The notes: generated by a model not told the origin, from the letters alone. 64,000 nt of DNA from an uncultured Bacteroidales bacterium (GCA_947165255.1 CAMUZR010000016.1:875-64874), one strand, 5' to 3'; positions 18,611-27,685 are shown, counted from the stretch's first letter. Translations and numbers: made by a program.

Positions 18611-19120
18611 TTATTTACGCCTCTTTATACCAGCACTTTTGTTGCCTTCATGAGGACAGGCTTCTCCGTAATAAATGCCTGTTTTTGGGTCAAAATGGAC
18701 GTAAATATCATCACCATTCTTTAGATGTTTAAGATACCAATTGTTGAATTCAACAGAGTCTGTAGTCTTAATGATATCCACTTCTTTGGCTCCATTCTCG
18801 TAAGCCGATAGTCTTGAGTAAAAAGTCTCGATAACATTCGGGTCAGTTACCATGCTGATATTCACATATCCTTCCTGGTCGCTCATGTTCATCATGAAGA
18901 TATGACCTTCGTACAAATGTGAGTAGACGTCAAGATAGTACATTACACTGTCGGTTTTGCAAATCGGGGCAATCATTGTTTCTGGACGGTTTCTACATCT
19001 GAGCACAAATTGATGCAAATCCTCCATACCGTTAGTGTCGGGAGCCTGTTCGGTCTTAGAACAAGAGGCGATGAATGCCATTCCTAATACAATGGCGATG
19101 CCAAACAAAAACTTTTTCAT
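18611..19120 (-). CDS. Hypothetical lipoprotein
   Basis: MKKFLFGIAIVLGMAFIASC lipoprotein signal. The coding sequence is AT-richer than neighbouring genes. Confidence 0.55.
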   Translation of the reverse strand: MKKFLFGIAIVLGMAFIASCSKTEQAPDTNGMEDLHQFVLRCRNRPETMIAPICKTDSVMYYLDVYSHLYEGHIFMMNMSDQEGYVNISMVTDPNVIETFYSRLSAYENGAKEVDIIKTTDSVEFNNWYLKHLKNGDDIYVHFDPKTGIYYGEACPHEGNKSAGIKRRK

Positions 19121-19162
19121 TGTTCGTTTTTTTTGTGTTTTAAACAATTCCTATTTTTTTCG

Positions 19163-19265
19163 TACTTTTGCAAATGCACTACCGGGAATTGCGACTATGC
19201 ATTTTGCTGGTTGTGTGCTGTGCCTTCTGCGGTTTATTATGGGGACCGAGCAGAGGGCACTTTTT
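19163..19265 (+). ncRNA. Candidate small RNA (promoter box plus intrinsic terminator, no ORF)
   Basis: A CGTACTTTTGCAAA promoter-type box (TACTTTTG at 19163-19170) faces an intergenic gap. GTGCCTTCTGC (19220-19230) pairs with GCAGAGGGCAC (19250-19260), 11 bp with one G-U, and is followed by TTTTT (19261-19265). Confidence 0.3.
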
Positions 19266-19349
19266 GATTTGGTCATTGCCTCACCATATTGCACCGAGAG
19301 TACATAACTCGTTTCCAATGGCAGGACTGAATAGATTACTTAGGCATTT

Positions 19350-19835
19350 TTATTTTTGTTTATTTTTTCTACTTCTAAGCATAAATCGGTGCAGTTTGAC
19401 TTGCTCCTCTGTCAGATATGACGAAAGTATTTTGGACTGATCCGCCTGGCTGAAAGGGAAAAAGATAGCAATGGTACGTTCGCTGCATCGACAGAATACA
19501 AGGCAATCGCCATCTCCCATTTCTTCCGATGTTGTCTCGATAAGCGTATTTCTATCGGCAAACCAGAACAATACATTTCCAGAATAATTGCTGCCACATA
19601 GTTGTTCCGAGGTTTTCCCCATTGTAGACAGCAGCGAGTCCCATTCCGCATTACTATATGCTTGGACGAGAATCGCATTGATGGTGAGGCTGGAGTCGAC
19701 TTGCAAGTCTCTCACAAAAGCCACATTCCAGTTTTTGTGTGTGCCCAGACGTTCGGCCAATGCCTCCTCTTGTCCTATGGACACAAATGAGGACATAATC
19801 AGGAGTATGAATAGGATTGTGCGTACAGATTTCAT
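19350..19835 (-). CDS. Hypothetical secreted protein
   Basis: N-terminal signal peptide MKSVRTILFILLIMSSFVSIGQ. It lies immediately downstream of the anti-sigma-like gene. Confidence 0.5.
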   Translation of the reverse strand: MKSVRTILFILLIMSSFVSIGQEEALAERLGTHKNWNVAFVRDLQVDSSLTINAILVQAYSNAEWDSLLSTMGKTSEQLCGSNYSGNVLFWFADRNTLIETTSEEMGDGDCLVFCRCSERTIAIFFPFSQADQSKILSSYLTEEQVKLHRFMLRSRKNKQK

Positions 19836-19857
19836 GTCATTATAGTTTTTTTTTTAT

Positions 19858-20433
19858 TTATAAGAAAGCCAGAAGCATACTCGTTACCGTCTCCTCGTCG
19901 CAACGGTCTGAAATGCTACCCCCACTATAGCATACCATGCCTCCATTTTTGTGTTCCGCCTGATCTAAAGTCGGTTTTTGTACTGTTTGCCATTCATGTT
20001 TCATCTCAACCAGTGCATACTGATGATCGCAGTTCTGCATGGTTTCCCTCTCCAATTCCAACTCATGCTGTCCCGCCGATGCCGGCAGCGTACTCTCGTT
20101 TTCTTGACTGGGAAGAGGTTCAGCTTGGGCAGTCGTTAGTTCTGTCTTAGGTACTTCTGCGGTTCGCATTAGTGCGACTATTCCTGCGGCCATCAGCAGG
20201 GCCACACAGGCAGCCGCCACCCATCTCAGTCTGTGACCATGCCCCAATGTAGAGGGGTCTTGACTAGACGATACCTGCATCTGAAGATAAGTCGGGTTGG
20301 TTTGTCGAGGCTGGGAAATTACATTATTCACTAACTCTTTAGTTATCAGTTTAATTTCAATAGGTTGCCGGCCTGTTTGTTTCCACAGTTGCCTTATTCT
20401 AGGCAGCGTTATTGTCTTCCTTCTTCTTCTCAT
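19858..20433 (-). CDS. Putative anti-sigma factor (single-pass membrane protein)
   Basis: One central TM helix (WVAAACVALLMAAGIVALM). The gene starts 10 nt after the sigma-factor stop. No recognisable domain beyond this topology. Confidence 0.4.
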   Translation of the reverse strand: MRRRRKTITLPRIRQLWKQTGRQPIEIKLITKELVNNVISQPRQTNPTYLQMQVSSSQDPSTLGHGHRLRWVAAACVALLMAAGIVALMRTAEVPKTELTTAQAEPLPSQENESTLPASAGQHELELERETMQNCDHQYALVEMKHEWQTVQKPTLDQAEHKNGGMVCYSGGSISDRCDEETVTSMLLAFL

Positions 20434-20443
20434 AACATGGGCA

Positions 20444-20974
20444 TTAATATAGTTCCTTTGATATTTTCTTAATTCGCAGTTTGACTTCTCTAATACGGTA
20501 TTGCAGTTTTCTTAGGCTTATGCCAAGTCTTTGCGCCATTTGCGCATGAGGAATGTCTGCTGTGTAGAGTTCCACTATACGGTAGTCATCGGCATCCAGT
20601 TTGCGCAGTACCTCTGCTATGCGCTCAAGCTCTTCTGCTGTTTCGTCATCTGGATTTGGCAAGGTATTTTTCAAGCTATCGTCGAACGGCACCATCCTGA
20701 GGCCGTTTTTATACTCGTGAGACTTTAAATAATTGCAGCCAACCTGCCGTGCAGCGTTGGGACACCATCGCTCCCATTGTCGTTCATCCTCGTCGGCATG
20801 TTCCTGCATATAGTCCCACAGGCGTAGCAAGATGTATTGAATCAGTTCCTTCTGGTGGTACTCGTCCCATGGGAAGAACTGTCGGCACACCGCTTCCAGC
20901 CCCTCTCGCTGGCGCTCCACCAGATTGGTAAACCTGAGTTTCAAGTCGTCTAATTCTGCCTTTTCTCTTGCCAT
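20444..20974 (-). CDS. Sigma-70 family (ECF-like) RNA polymerase sigma factor
   Basis: Region-2-like ILLRLWDY and region-4 HTH (IVELYTADIPHAQMAQRLGISLRKLQYRI). Confidence 0.7.
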   Translation of the reverse strand: MAREKAELDDLKLRFTNLVERQREGLEAVCRQFFPWDEYHQKELIQYILLRLWDYMQEHADEDERQWERWCPNAARQVGCNYLKSHEYKNGLRMVPFDDSLKNTLPNPDDETAEELERIAEVLRKLDADDYRIVELYTADIPHAQMAQRLGISLRKLQYRIREVKLRIKKISKELY

Positions 20975-21205
20975 ATTGTGTGTCTGCTATACTTTGTATT
21001 GTTAATTGCAAAAGAGCTTCTTTTCATCCTTCGCAATAATATATACAATGTTGCATTCTCGAAAGTGCAAAAAAAACGTATTAACCATCCACGCCAGCAA
21101 GAACAATGCCATCAATTTGTGGATTCGTCTCCACGAATTAGGCAACTTTTGTGGATTTCAATGTTGAATATATACGCTCCTTCACCGAGGTGAGGTTATC
21201 ACTAT

Positions 21206-21343
21206 CTAAAGGAAACTTCTATTAATCACCCCATCGGGGTGAGATATGAATAACACCGTACGTAGTGCGGTGATTATCTGAGGCAAACAGATGCGTCCCG
21301 ATAAGGACGCGACACGAAAACAAATAAATAGAACCCACCTAAA
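21206..21343 (+). mobile_element. MITE-like multi-hairpin element, copy B
   Basis: Imperfect terminal inverted repeats (TAAAGGAAACTTCTATTAAT ... ATAAATAGAACCCACCTAAA) enclose three hairpins: TCACCCC-atc-GGGGTGA, CACCGTAC-gta-GTGCGGTG and GCGTCC-cgataa-GGACGC. It aligns with the reverse complement of 51179-51328. Confidence 0.7.
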
Positions 21344-21648
21344 GCCCAGTCAAAAGACAGACCAAAGTCTGAAAGACTGACAGAATACAGGAGGGGTTTG
21401 CCACCCTCCCACTTCATTCATACGGCAAAACAAAAGTCATGAAGGAGTACACATTTTGCCCAATGGCAACGCCTAGGGCAAATCAATGAGACTCAAATAA
21501 CGCCCTGTGAGGGAAAGGACCCTTATTCATTTTTATAGTTCACCTATCTATTTCAACCTACAAGAAATAGGGCTGATGGGGGCTGGGTAGCGCACTGCCG
21601 TGCGCGCCCCCGCCAGCCCTCTTTCCCCCTGCCCGTATGGGGCAAGGG

Positions 21649-22332
21649 TTAGTTCTGACGCACAGCACGGACAGTAAACCCGACGTAGCGGTAGTCGCAG
21701 TTCACGTACTGGTCGTCCGAAAGGAAGAAGTGCCACGCGCCGTACGGGTAGCTCGTGCTGAGCGAACTCGACCAGTAGTAGCCGTAGCTGCCAGCGTAGT
21801 AGAGAGAACTGCCCAAACGGACGCCGGCGGCGGGAAGGAAGAGACTGTTACCATTGGAGCCGGTGAAGCGGCGACCGTTCACGCCGTTCTGCGTTGTCCA
21901 CTGGCTGGTGGTGTGGTCCATCAGCTCCTCCCACTCTTCCTTTGTCGGGGTACGACCGCCATAGTTGGCGGTGGCGGCATCGTCGCCAAGCTGTAGGGTG
22001 GTCAGGTTGTCGGTGAAGCCATTGTAGCCATAACTCGAATCGCTGCAGTATTTGGTGAGCTGGTTATAGTCCCCGTTGCAGTAACGGTAGGTACTCCAGT
22101 CGTAAACGCTCTTGGGGCTGGTCTCGCCCCAGGCAAAGTAGTCGCCATAGTCCTCCGGCGAGGATGCTCCCACGTTGCGCGTGGCCCACAGCAAGCCAGA
22201 AGGCAAACCTAAATCCACCCAGTCGCCGTTTGGCTCTTTTTCACATCCAGTAACAAGAAAAGTAATGGCAACTAGCAATACAGTGGCAACACACTTCCCA
22301 ACGATACTGAACCATGATTTTACAATATCCAT
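21649..22332 (-). CDS. FISUMP (Fibrobacter succinogenes major paralogous) domain lipoprotein
   Basis: Lipobox FLVTGC, then GLLWATRNVGA, YFAWGE, TPTKEEWEEL, LFLPAAG, GYYWSSS and GFTVRAVR. The start is set at MDIVKSW (ATG 22332). Confidence 0.8.
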   Translation of the reverse strand: MDIVKSWFSIVGKCVATVLLVAITFLVTGCEKEPNGDWVDLGLPSGLLWATRNVGASSPEDYGDYFAWGETSPKSVYDWSTYRYCNGDYNQLTKYCSDSSYGYNGFTDNLTTLQLGDDAATANYGGRTPTKEEWEELMDHTTSQWTTQNGVNGRRFTGSNGNSLFLPAAGVRLGSSLYYAGSYGYYWSSSLSTSYPYGAWHFFLSDDQYVNCDYRYVGFTVRAVRQN

Positions 22333-22698
22333 GAAAACCTCCCTAAATCCGTGTCGGGCGCAACTTTCTGTGGCGGTGATTCCCTGAGCGCCATAGTAGC
22401 GTATTGTTTTGCTAAGAGGGTATATAAAAAAGAAGCGCGGGAATCTGTCACTTTGCTTATCCCGTGTATCTGGCCTTCGCATTGCCTTTGGAACAGAATA
22501 AGCAATGCCGAAGCCCACGCGTGTGGATATAGTAAGACTACTATACGCCAACCATGGACATTGAACATTGCGTTATTGTGGTTCCAAAACGAAGTTGCGA
22601 AGTTCGATACGCCGCAGATAAAACGCCGTTACAACGTCTTTCTTATATGTCCTGTCACCCACCCTTGACCCTTGCGGGCTTCGGGGTGTTTGACGATG

Positions 22699-22706
22699 CA
22701 AAAATA
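22699..22706 (-). promoter_or_regulatory. -7 promoter box (TATTTTTG on the minus strand) about 360 nt upstream of the FISUMP gene
   Basis: The reverse complement of caaaaata sits within a CGTATTTTTGCA context. No other box was seen closer to the ATG at 22332. Confidence 0.4.
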
Positions 22707-22812
22707 CGTAAATTATTTGGAATGGCAATGAAAAAAGTGCATCATTCAGTTCTAAGGCCTAGCCAACAGGGGCTTGCGGGCGGCTCAACTATCATAGGCA
22801 CAGTAACAATAC

Positions 22813-22841
22813 GAAAAATCCCCGCCACAAGGACGGGGATT
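22813..22841 (-). terminator. Intrinsic terminator of rpmA
   Basis: On the minus strand, ATCCCCG-loop-CGGGGAT is followed by TTTTT, about 35 nt past the rpmA stop. Confidence 0.75.
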
Positions 22842-22875
22842 CTATTACATACAAATCTATAAAACTCGTTATGCT

Positions 22876-23139
22876 TTATTCAGCTGCATCGGGGATGACG
22901 CTGACATAAGAGCGGTCTTCGCGGCCTCTCTTGAACTGAACGGTACCGTCGACCAGGGCATAGAGGGTGTGGTCCTTACCCATACCGACGTTCTGACCGG
23001 GATTGTGGACGGTGCCACGCTGACGGATGATGATGTTACCGGCGACGCAATGCTGACCGCCGAAGATTTTGACGCCTAAGCGTTTGCTTTCGGATTCACG
23101 ACCGTTACTAGAACTACCGACACCTTTTTTGTGAGCCAT
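22876..23139 (-). CDS. rpmA: 50S ribosomal protein L27
   Basis: [24 protein letters not shown]...[10 protein letters not shown] is the canonical L27 sequence. Confidence 0.97.
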   Translation of the reverse strand: MAHKKGVGSSSNGRESESKRLGVKIFGGQHCVAGNIIIRQRGTVHNPGQNVGMGKDHTLYALVDGTVQFKRGREDRSYVSVIPDAAE

Positions 23140-23175
23140 AATATAATGTTTTTAAAAGGTTTTACACTACTTGAA

Positions 23176-23484
23176 TTAATTGATGCTATCGATTTTGATC
23201 TGGGTCAGATAGTCGCGATGACCGTTCATCTTCTGGAAGCCTTTGCGACGGATTTTCTTGAACACCAGCACCTTGTCGCCCTTAAGGTGGCGGAGGACAG
23301 TGGCCTTTACGTTTGCACCAGCGATGTAGGGTTTGCCAACCTCTACATTGCCGTCATTGTCTTTAAGCATCACGGTGTCAAAAGTGACCTCGCTGCCCTC
23401 TTCGTTGTGAAGGCGGTTGACGAAGACCTTCTGATCTTGAGCGACCTTGAATTGCTTGCCTGCGATTTCTACAATTGCGTACAT
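23176..23484 (-). CDS. rplU: 50S ribosomal protein L21
   Basis: MYAIVEIAGKQFKV...GDKVLVFKKIRRKG...GHR is the canonical L21 sequence. Confidence 0.97.
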   Translation of the reverse strand: MYAIVEIAGKQFKVAQDQKVFVNRLHNEEGSEVTFDTVMLKDNDGNVEVGKPYIAGANVKATVLRHLKGDKVLVFKKIRRKGFQKMNGHRDYLTQIKIDSIN

Positions 23485-23554
23485 TTTCTTAATATGTTTA
23501 ATTTTAGTGTTTTATTCTATTTTTTGGAGCCTTTTATGCCCACAAAACGGATTG

Positions 23555-23562
23555 CAAAGATA
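23555..23562 (-). promoter_or_regulatory. -7 promoter box (TATCTTTG on the minus strand) for rplU-rpmA
   Basis: The reverse complement of caaagata sits in a TTGCAAAGATACG context, about 70 nt upstream of rplU. Confidence 0.5.
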
Positions 23563-23862
23563 CGACTTTTTTTTGGATTGGCAAACTTTTTTCAACTCCT
23601 GACCGTTAATTCTTTCAAAAAAGCGCGCTTCTGACCTCTCTCTTTTTAACCAAAAGCCTTCTTCGCTCTCTTCCCAAAAATGTCCTGCACGTTTCCGGCT
23701 TCATCGTTTCCTGGTCGGCATTTCGTTGATATAGGATAGAGGAACTATAGAGCAAATATAGAATATGTAAAGAGCAACAGGCAAAGGGAGAGCGAGGGTA
23801 AAAAGGGCGCCGGGGTAGGCGACTGGATGCCGGGCTGGGGGGTAGGGTGGACGGCGATGGGG

Positions 23863-24159
23863 CTATTTCGACTCTATCCAGAAGACGACCAGCAGGGCCA
23901 AGAAGAGCATTATATTAATGAGGAAGCCCCATGTTTGGATGAAATAATGGAGTTTGGCCCGCCTGCGGTCGGCGCTCGAAAGCCGGGGGTCGGCCTTTAG
24001 GCTTTTCAGCGCCCTGACGACAAACAGCGAGCCGTGGGCAGAGGAAGACCGGCCATGCTGTTGCAGAAGCCTCCGCGAGAGATAGTCGGAGACACCGCTG
24101 GCGACAAACACGACGACAAAGTAGCAGATATTAACTACGAACAGTATCTTGGTTGCCAT
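23863..24159 (-). CDS. Small membrane protein, function unknown
   Basis: Two hydrophobic helices flank a basic loop. It lies directly downstream of the M23 peptidase gene. Confidence 0.4.
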   Translation of the reverse strand: MATKILFVVNICYFVVVFVASGVSDYLSRRLLQQHGRSSSAHGSLFVVRALKSLKADPRLSSADRRRAKLHYFIQTWGFLINIMLFLALLVVFWIESK

Positions 24160-24189
24160 AAGGCCGGCTGGAGGAAGCCCGTGAAGGGG

Positions 24190-25947
24190 TTAGCGTTTGA
24201 GGCGGTAGACCACTTCGCGGGAGTTCTGGCAGGCGTCGGTGAGGAAAATTCGGAGTTCGAGATTGGTGACGCTGGCAGGCACCTGGGCGAGGTTGATGCT
24301 GAGGGTGGCACTCTTGCCGTCGAACTCGGCCAGCACCCACTCGCCGTTGACGAAACAGCGGTACTCGACCACGCCGGAGAGGTTGTCGCCCATTTTCATG
24401 TTCAGCACACGTCCCACTTTCTTGCCTTCCTTGAAGTTGAGAGGCTTGACGTAGGGGGCTGCGGTGTCGCTCATGACCACGAAATTGCCAAAGGCGCGCA
24501 CGTCGGCCTCGAGCCAGCGGCCGGGTTTGCCCTCGATGCGGCGCTCGACCAGGCGGGTGGGGAGGGCCGAAGGTTTGTCGCCCTTGAGCTGGCAGAGAAC
24601 GAGCTGCTCGGGCTCGAAGCCGATGACGACAGGGACGCGGAGGGTCCAGGTGCGGTGAGGGGGATAGGGGCTGCGGAAGGGCTTGACGGTGTAGATGGGC
24701 GAGATGTAGCGGCGGTCGTTCTGTAGGCCGTGGGTGAGGATGTCGTCGTAGTAAACCATGCCGGCGGGCATTTCAATCTGATAGTCGCCACGGTAGATTT
24801 GGAGGGGCCAGCGGACGGCGAGGCTGTCGGAGCGGAGGTGGTAGGATGGGTGTTCCGGCACCTCGTGCATGGGGACGAGGGTTTCGAAATGGTTTCGTAC
24901 ATAGAGACGGCGGACGGCCTGGTTGCCGTTGTAGTCGGTGACAGCGATGGTGATGCGGTGGAGGGTGGTGTCGCTGTCGATGAAGCCGATGCTGCCGTCG
25001 CCAAGGGTGCGGGCATACTTGGTCGGGTCACCCACAAGGCGGCGGGTGAGAATGTAGGGCTGACGGGTGGCGGTGAAGTGGTTCCAGTCGAGCTGGGCAT
25101 TGATGGCGCGGGTGTCGCCGTAGGTAATCTTGTCGACCCGATATTGAAAGAAGGGCGCGCCGTCGACCCAAATGTCGATGCGGTCGTAGCCGTTGTTCAT
25201 GGTGGAGCCTTCGGAGCGGTCGGAGGCGTAGACGCCCACATAGAAACGCCCAAGGACGGGCAGCGGATTGTCGGCCGAGCCGAGAGCGCCGCGCTTGCCG
25301 CTGAGGTCGACCTGGTAGGGGGTCTTGGCTCGGTTGAGACGGGTGTTTTTGTCGACAGGCAGGAGTCGGATGCCCTTGATGGTGGGCGGGATGGTGTCGT
25401 CGAGGGTGACGCCGTAGGCCAGGGGGTTGAGTGATTGCTGGGTGCGGGTGTTGCGCACTTCGTAGTGGAGGTGGGGGCCGCCGCTCATGCCGCTGTTGCC
25501 GGCGTAGGCGATGAGTTGTCCGCGCTTGACGGGCAGAGCCCCTTCGGGGACGACGGTGTCGAAGGCATAGCACTGGTGGGCGCGCTGAAAGGCAAGGACG
25601 TAGTCGGCAATGGCGCCATGGTAGCCGTCGAGATGTAGATATACGGTGGTGATGTTTCCCTTATGGTTGATGTATAGCATTTTGCCGCCGTCGTAGGCGG
25701 AGATGCGCAGGCGGCTGACATAGCCGTCGGCCGGAGCATAGACGGGAGTGCCCACTCCTTCGTCGCCTCCCACTCGCAGGTCGATGCCGCTATGGAAATG
25801 ATTGGTGCGTATTTCGGCAAAGGTGCCTGACGGGGCGGCCGGAAGCCGCAAGGGGAGGTCGAGCTTGGGGGGCTCGAACGATTGTGCCTGCAAGAGGTTG
25901 CATAGAAGGATGACTAAGAGTAGGAACGAGGTCATGTGTCTTTTCAT
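24190..25947 (-). CDS. M23-family metallopeptidase (secreted)
   Basis: Signal peptide, HFHSGIDLRV (HxxxD) and GGPHLHYEV (HxH) LytM-type motifs, and a long C-terminal extension. Confidence 0.82.
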   Translation of the reverse strand: MKRHMTSFLLLVILLCNLLQAQSFEPPKLDLPLRLPAAPSGTFAEIRTNHFHSGIDLRVGGDEGVGTPVYAPADGYVSRLRISAYDGGKMLYINHKGNITTVYLHLDGYHGAIADYVLAFQRAHQCYAFDTVVPEGALPVKRGQLIAYAGNSGMSGGPHLHYEVRNTRTQQSLNPLAYGVTLDDTIPPTIKGIRLLPVDKNTRLNRAKTPYQVDLSGKRGALGSADNPLPVLGRFYVGVYASDRSEGSTMNNGYDRIDIWVDGAPFFQYRVDKITYGDTRAINAQLDWNHFTATRQPYILTRRLVGDPTKYARTLGDGSIGFIDSDTTLHRITIAVTDYNGNQAVRRLYVRNHFETLVPMHEVPEHPSYHLRSDSLAVRWPLQIYRGDYQIEMPAGMVYYDDILTHGLQNDRRYISPIYTVKPFRSPYPPHRTWTLRVPVVIGFEPEQLVLCQLKGDKPSALPTRLVERRIEGKPGRWLEADVRAFGNFVVMSDTAAPYVKPLNFKEGKKVGRVLNMKMGDNLSGVVEYRCFVNGEWVLAEFDGKSATLSINLAQVPASVTNLELRIFLTDACQNSREVVYRLKR

Positions 25948-26009
25948 AATATGGATAAAGGGAAACGGATGGGTGTCTTTTTGATTTACTTAGGAGGGGG
26001 GAGGAAAGG

Positions 26010-27668
26010 TCAGCCCATAAGCTCGCGGGCGGTTTGGAGTGCTGCCGGGGTGGGCGGGTTGGAGGAGAGCATGACGGCGATTTCGGTGACGCGCTGGTCG
26101 GGGTCGAGCTGTCGGATACGTGAAATGGTGCGGTCGTCTTCGAGTGCCTTGGCCACTTTGAGGTGCTGGCGGGCCTTGGCGGCAATCTGCGGGAGATGGG
26201 AGATGGCAATGACCTGCATGTGCTGTGCCATGCGGCGCATGATGTTGCCTACGGCAACGGAAATGTCGCCCGAAACGCCGCTGTCGATCTCGTCGAAGAT
26301 GATGGTGGGGAGGAGGCTGCGCTGGGTGACGACGGATTTGACGGCCAGCATGAGTCGCGAGAGTTCGCCACCCGAGGCCACTTCGGCCAAGGGACGGAGG
26401 ACGCCTCCCTGGTTGGCGTTGAAAAGCAGGCGCACATTGTCGTGGCCTAGGGAGTTGAAGTCGGCGGCAGGCGTGATTTCCACTACCACTTTGGCCGAGC
26501 CCATGCCCACCTGTGCCAGGACGGGCAGGAGCTGCTGTTCCAGTTGGCGGGCAGCCTTGGCACGGGCAGCGGTGACCCGGTCGGCGGCTTGCTGCATCTG
26601 TGCAAAGACGGCATCGACCTGTTCCATGACCTCGCGGATGCGGTCGTCGAGGCCTTCGGCGGCCTGCAGCTGCTGGTCGAGGCGCTGCTGGATGTCGAGG
26701 AGGGCGGGGATGGAGTCAACCCCATGTTTTTTCTGCAGACGGTAGATGAGGTCGAGGCGTTCGCTGACCTGTTCTTGCCGCTGGGGTGAGAACTGGAGTC
26801 GGTCGTCGAGGGAGGCGACGTCGGATAGGATGTCCTGCAACTCGATGAGGGTGGAGTCGAGGCGCTGGTGGAGGGTCAGTATGTCGGGATGGAAGGAGGT
26901 GACATGGGCCAAGGCGGCACGGGCAGCAACAAGGCGGGCGACGGCGCTGTCGTCGCTCTCGCCGCCACCGTCGCAGAGGGCGGCCACCGTGCCAAGGGCC
27001 TCTTTGATGGCACCGGTATGCTCTAGTAGATGAGCCTCCTCCTCTAGGGCCTGTTGCTCGTCGGGCTGGAGGTTGGCTGAGTGAAGCTCTTCGAAAAGGA
27101 ACCGATTGTAGTCGAGCACTTTGTTGTTTTCGGCATCTTGCGCGGTGAGCTGTTCGAGCTGGCGCTTGAGGGTGCCATACTGACGGTAGAGAGCCTGATA
27201 ATTGGACAGGAGGGAGCCGTCGGAAAAGGAGTCGAGAAGTTGGGTTTGGAAAAGGCTTTCGGTGAGGGTGAGGGTCTGATACTGCGAATGGATGTCGAGA
27301 ATATGCGGCCCCAGCTCTTTAAGAAATTGGAGGTTGGCGGGAGAGTCGTTGACGAAGGCACGGCTTTTGGCCGAAGGGAGTATTTCGCGGCGGAGGATGA
27401 GCTGGTCGTCGTAGTCGGCATCGTATTGCTCGAAAAGGGGCTGCAACCCAAGGCCGGAGATGTCGAAGGAAGCCTCCACGACACACTTGCGTTCCTTGTC
27501 GGAGAGCACCTGCGTGTCGGCCCGCTGGCCCAGTAGGAGCCCCAGGGCACCTAAGAGAATGGACTTGCCAGCACCTGTCTCGCCTGTAATGACCACCAGC
27601 CCCCCATCAAACGAGATGTCGGTCTGCTGGATGAGGGCGTAGTTTTCGATATGGAGGGTTTTGAGCAT
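26010..27668 (-). CDS. recN: DNA repair protein RecN
   Basis: Contains ITGETGAGKSILLGALGLLLG (Walker A), a coiled-coil middle region, the GGELSRLMLAVK signature and IIFDEIDSGVSG (Walker B). Confidence 0.93.
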   Translation of the reverse strand: MLKTLHIENYALIQQTDISFDGGLVVITGETGAGKSILLGALGLLLGQRADTQVLSDKERKCVVEASFDISGLGLQPLFEQYDADYDDQLILRREILPSAKSRAFVNDSPANLQFLKELGPHILDIHSQYQTLTLTESLFQTQLLDSFSDGSLLSNYQALYRQYGTLKRQLEQLTAQDAENNKVLDYNRFLFEELHSANLQPDEQQALEEEAHLLEHTGAIKEALGTVAALCDGGGESDDSAVARLVAARAALAHVTSFHPDILTLHQRLDSTLIELQDILSDVASLDDRLQFSPQRQEQVSERLDLIYRLQKKHGVDSIPALLDIQQRLDQQLQAAEGLDDRIREVMEQVDAVFAQMQQAADRVTAARAKAARQLEQQLLPVLAQVGMGSAKVVVEITPAADFNSLGHDNVRLLFNANQGGVLRPLAEVASGGELSRLMLAVKSVVTQRSLLPTIIFDEIDSGVSGDISVAVGNIMRRMAQHMQVIAISHLPQIAAKARQHLKVAKALEDDRTISRIRQLDPDQRVTEIAVMLSSNPPTPAALQTARELMG

Positions 27669-27685
27669 GGAGGTGTTTTTTTAGG

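Noticed and set aside
21206-21540. Retron msr/msd or another RT-associated structured RNA in the hairpin-rich tract
   Set aside because: No reverse transcriptase or effector gene is adjacent. The main structured part is a repeated element with terminal inverted repeats that also occurs inside a coding gene, which fits a MITE better.
21649-22332. Diversity-generating retroelement targeting the FISUMP C-terminal lectin-like region, with 7142-7534 as a possible template repeat
   Set aside because: There is no reverse transcriptase gene in the window. The two regions are only protein-level homologs rather than near-identical nucleotide repeats with adenine-specific differences. The fragment at 7142-7534 carries in-frame stops like an ordinary pseudogene.
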